Assembly: GCF_003918875.1 (NCBI RefSeq)
Contig: NW_025767743.1
Span: forward strand, 124,001 to 188,000
Length of the DNA: 64,000 bases
DNA from: Haliotis rubra
Lineage: Eukaryota
Direction of reading: 5' to 3'
Shown: positions 62,768-64,000 of the stretch, piece by piece
Numbering within the stretch: position 1 is the stretch's first letter
Layout: the number at the start of each line of letters is the position of its first letter
Position numbers and translations under genes: made by a program
Notes under the pieces: generated by a model
Database searches by the model: none
Told to the model about the DNA's origin: nothing
Seen by the model: the letters and a program-made list of their open reading frames with translations, nothing else

Positions 62768-64000
62768 ATTGCTTCACCTGGAACCAAAATGGACAACAGT
62801 TTAAGTTGTACCTATATGATTCAAGATACACGCCCAATTGACCCTCTGAGCAGACTTAAATTGTTTCTTTGGGTGGTGTTCACGTCCTACTTTATCACCT
62901 TTAATTATGAAGGACAATAGTGATCTGCACGTGGCGCATGCAAAAGGTTTGATTGGATAGTTTTCAAATATTGACCAGAACATATGCATGTATGATATAG
63001 ACGTACCTTTTATCTGAGTGTTTGACAACTACACTGCATCTATCTGTCTGTCTATCGTAAACCCAACACGATGTGTTTAAATAAATGTAGGTGTGGGTTT
63101 TTAAAAAATTATTCATTGGTATTCTTTGGTCATGTACTGAATCAAGAAATCATTGAAAAATATAATCTGACAGAAACTTTTGTTAACATGCTGAACTTTT
63201 GATTACATATTTTGGACAGCATTAGCACTGCCGTTGTACTAAATTAAATTTGAAATATGTTTAATATGTTTCACACACGTCCAGTGGATTTAAGCCATAA
63301 ATGATTAAAATAGCTTGCTTGTGGTAGAGCTTTAACTAATTTCGATCTACCTAAGCAAAACGTCAGAGAGTATATTTAATTGGGATTCTCTGGTCGTTAT
63401 GTTTATTTCCGTGGTCATTGCTGAAGTTTGCGGAACTGGCTTTTCATTCACCGGTGGCGTTTATTCAAGGATTTCCGGTAACCGTCTCTCGCGATAGTGT
63501 GCAGGGGACGTGTGAAATCTTACGGATCGCTACAGTACATGCAGCAAATATTTTCACTTTCATCGACAATTATAACAAGCGTGTCTCACAGTCCTTAGAT
63601 AATAACTAACATAGACATGTCACAAACCGAAACCTATATGTCATGTGTCATATAATCATATATGTCATGTGTTCATAACAGGCATTCCTTTAGCGCGGTA
63701 TAACGAGGATAATATCACTCTTCGTCAGTCTGTATCATTTTCATGGCAGGGGGCTGTATGATTTATGCATTAGTCTGAATGAACACAACATAATTACCTT
63801 ATGTAGAACGACGAATACTCTTTATCGAACTGGGAACTTCCTTCGTGGAAGCTAAAACTGTCTCCCAGTTTGTGAGACGCTTACACCATGCCTACTGTTA
63901 TGATTACACCGGCGGTGCAGATACAGAATGATACTTCTAATTTTCAGACATTAAAACATTTTTTCTATATGAGGACACTGATTTTATGAATATCAGTTTA

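Overview
Eukaryotic, intron-rich, AT-rich genomic DNA. The SINE/MITE repertoire looks molluscan (probably a gastropod such as abalone; inference). I reconstructed five spliced genes and one single-coding-exon gene by hand: PIGC (-, 7 exons) head-to-head with CFAP157 (+, 9 exons); a PTRH1/Pth-family gene (-, 5 exons) head-to-head with HSD17B8 (+, 8 exons); DNTTIP2/Fcf2 (-, 6 exons); and a RING-B-box-coiled-coil-NHL-like TRIM gene (-). Introns and spacers hold at least four SINE families, a decayed IS630-Tc1-mariner element with about DD81E spacing (Sailor-like), two internally deleted Tc1 copies, several MITEs, two Helentron-associated-like elements and many minisatellites. Most notable: (1) the PTRH1-like gene has an intact frame but the Pth catalytic His20, Asp93 and Asn114 equivalents are all replaced and it has gained a repeat tail, so it is a candidate mitochondrial pseudoenzyme; (2) tandem arrays built from exon-intron junctions (about 28 copies of a PIGC donor, about 8 copies of an HSD17B8 acceptor, 3 extra copies of a CFAP157 donor), where use of any extra site would put an in-frame stop in the mRNA. 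Several conserved exons carry frameshifts or scrambled micro-duplications that are probably assembly errors. Homolog comparisons are from memory; no searches were run.
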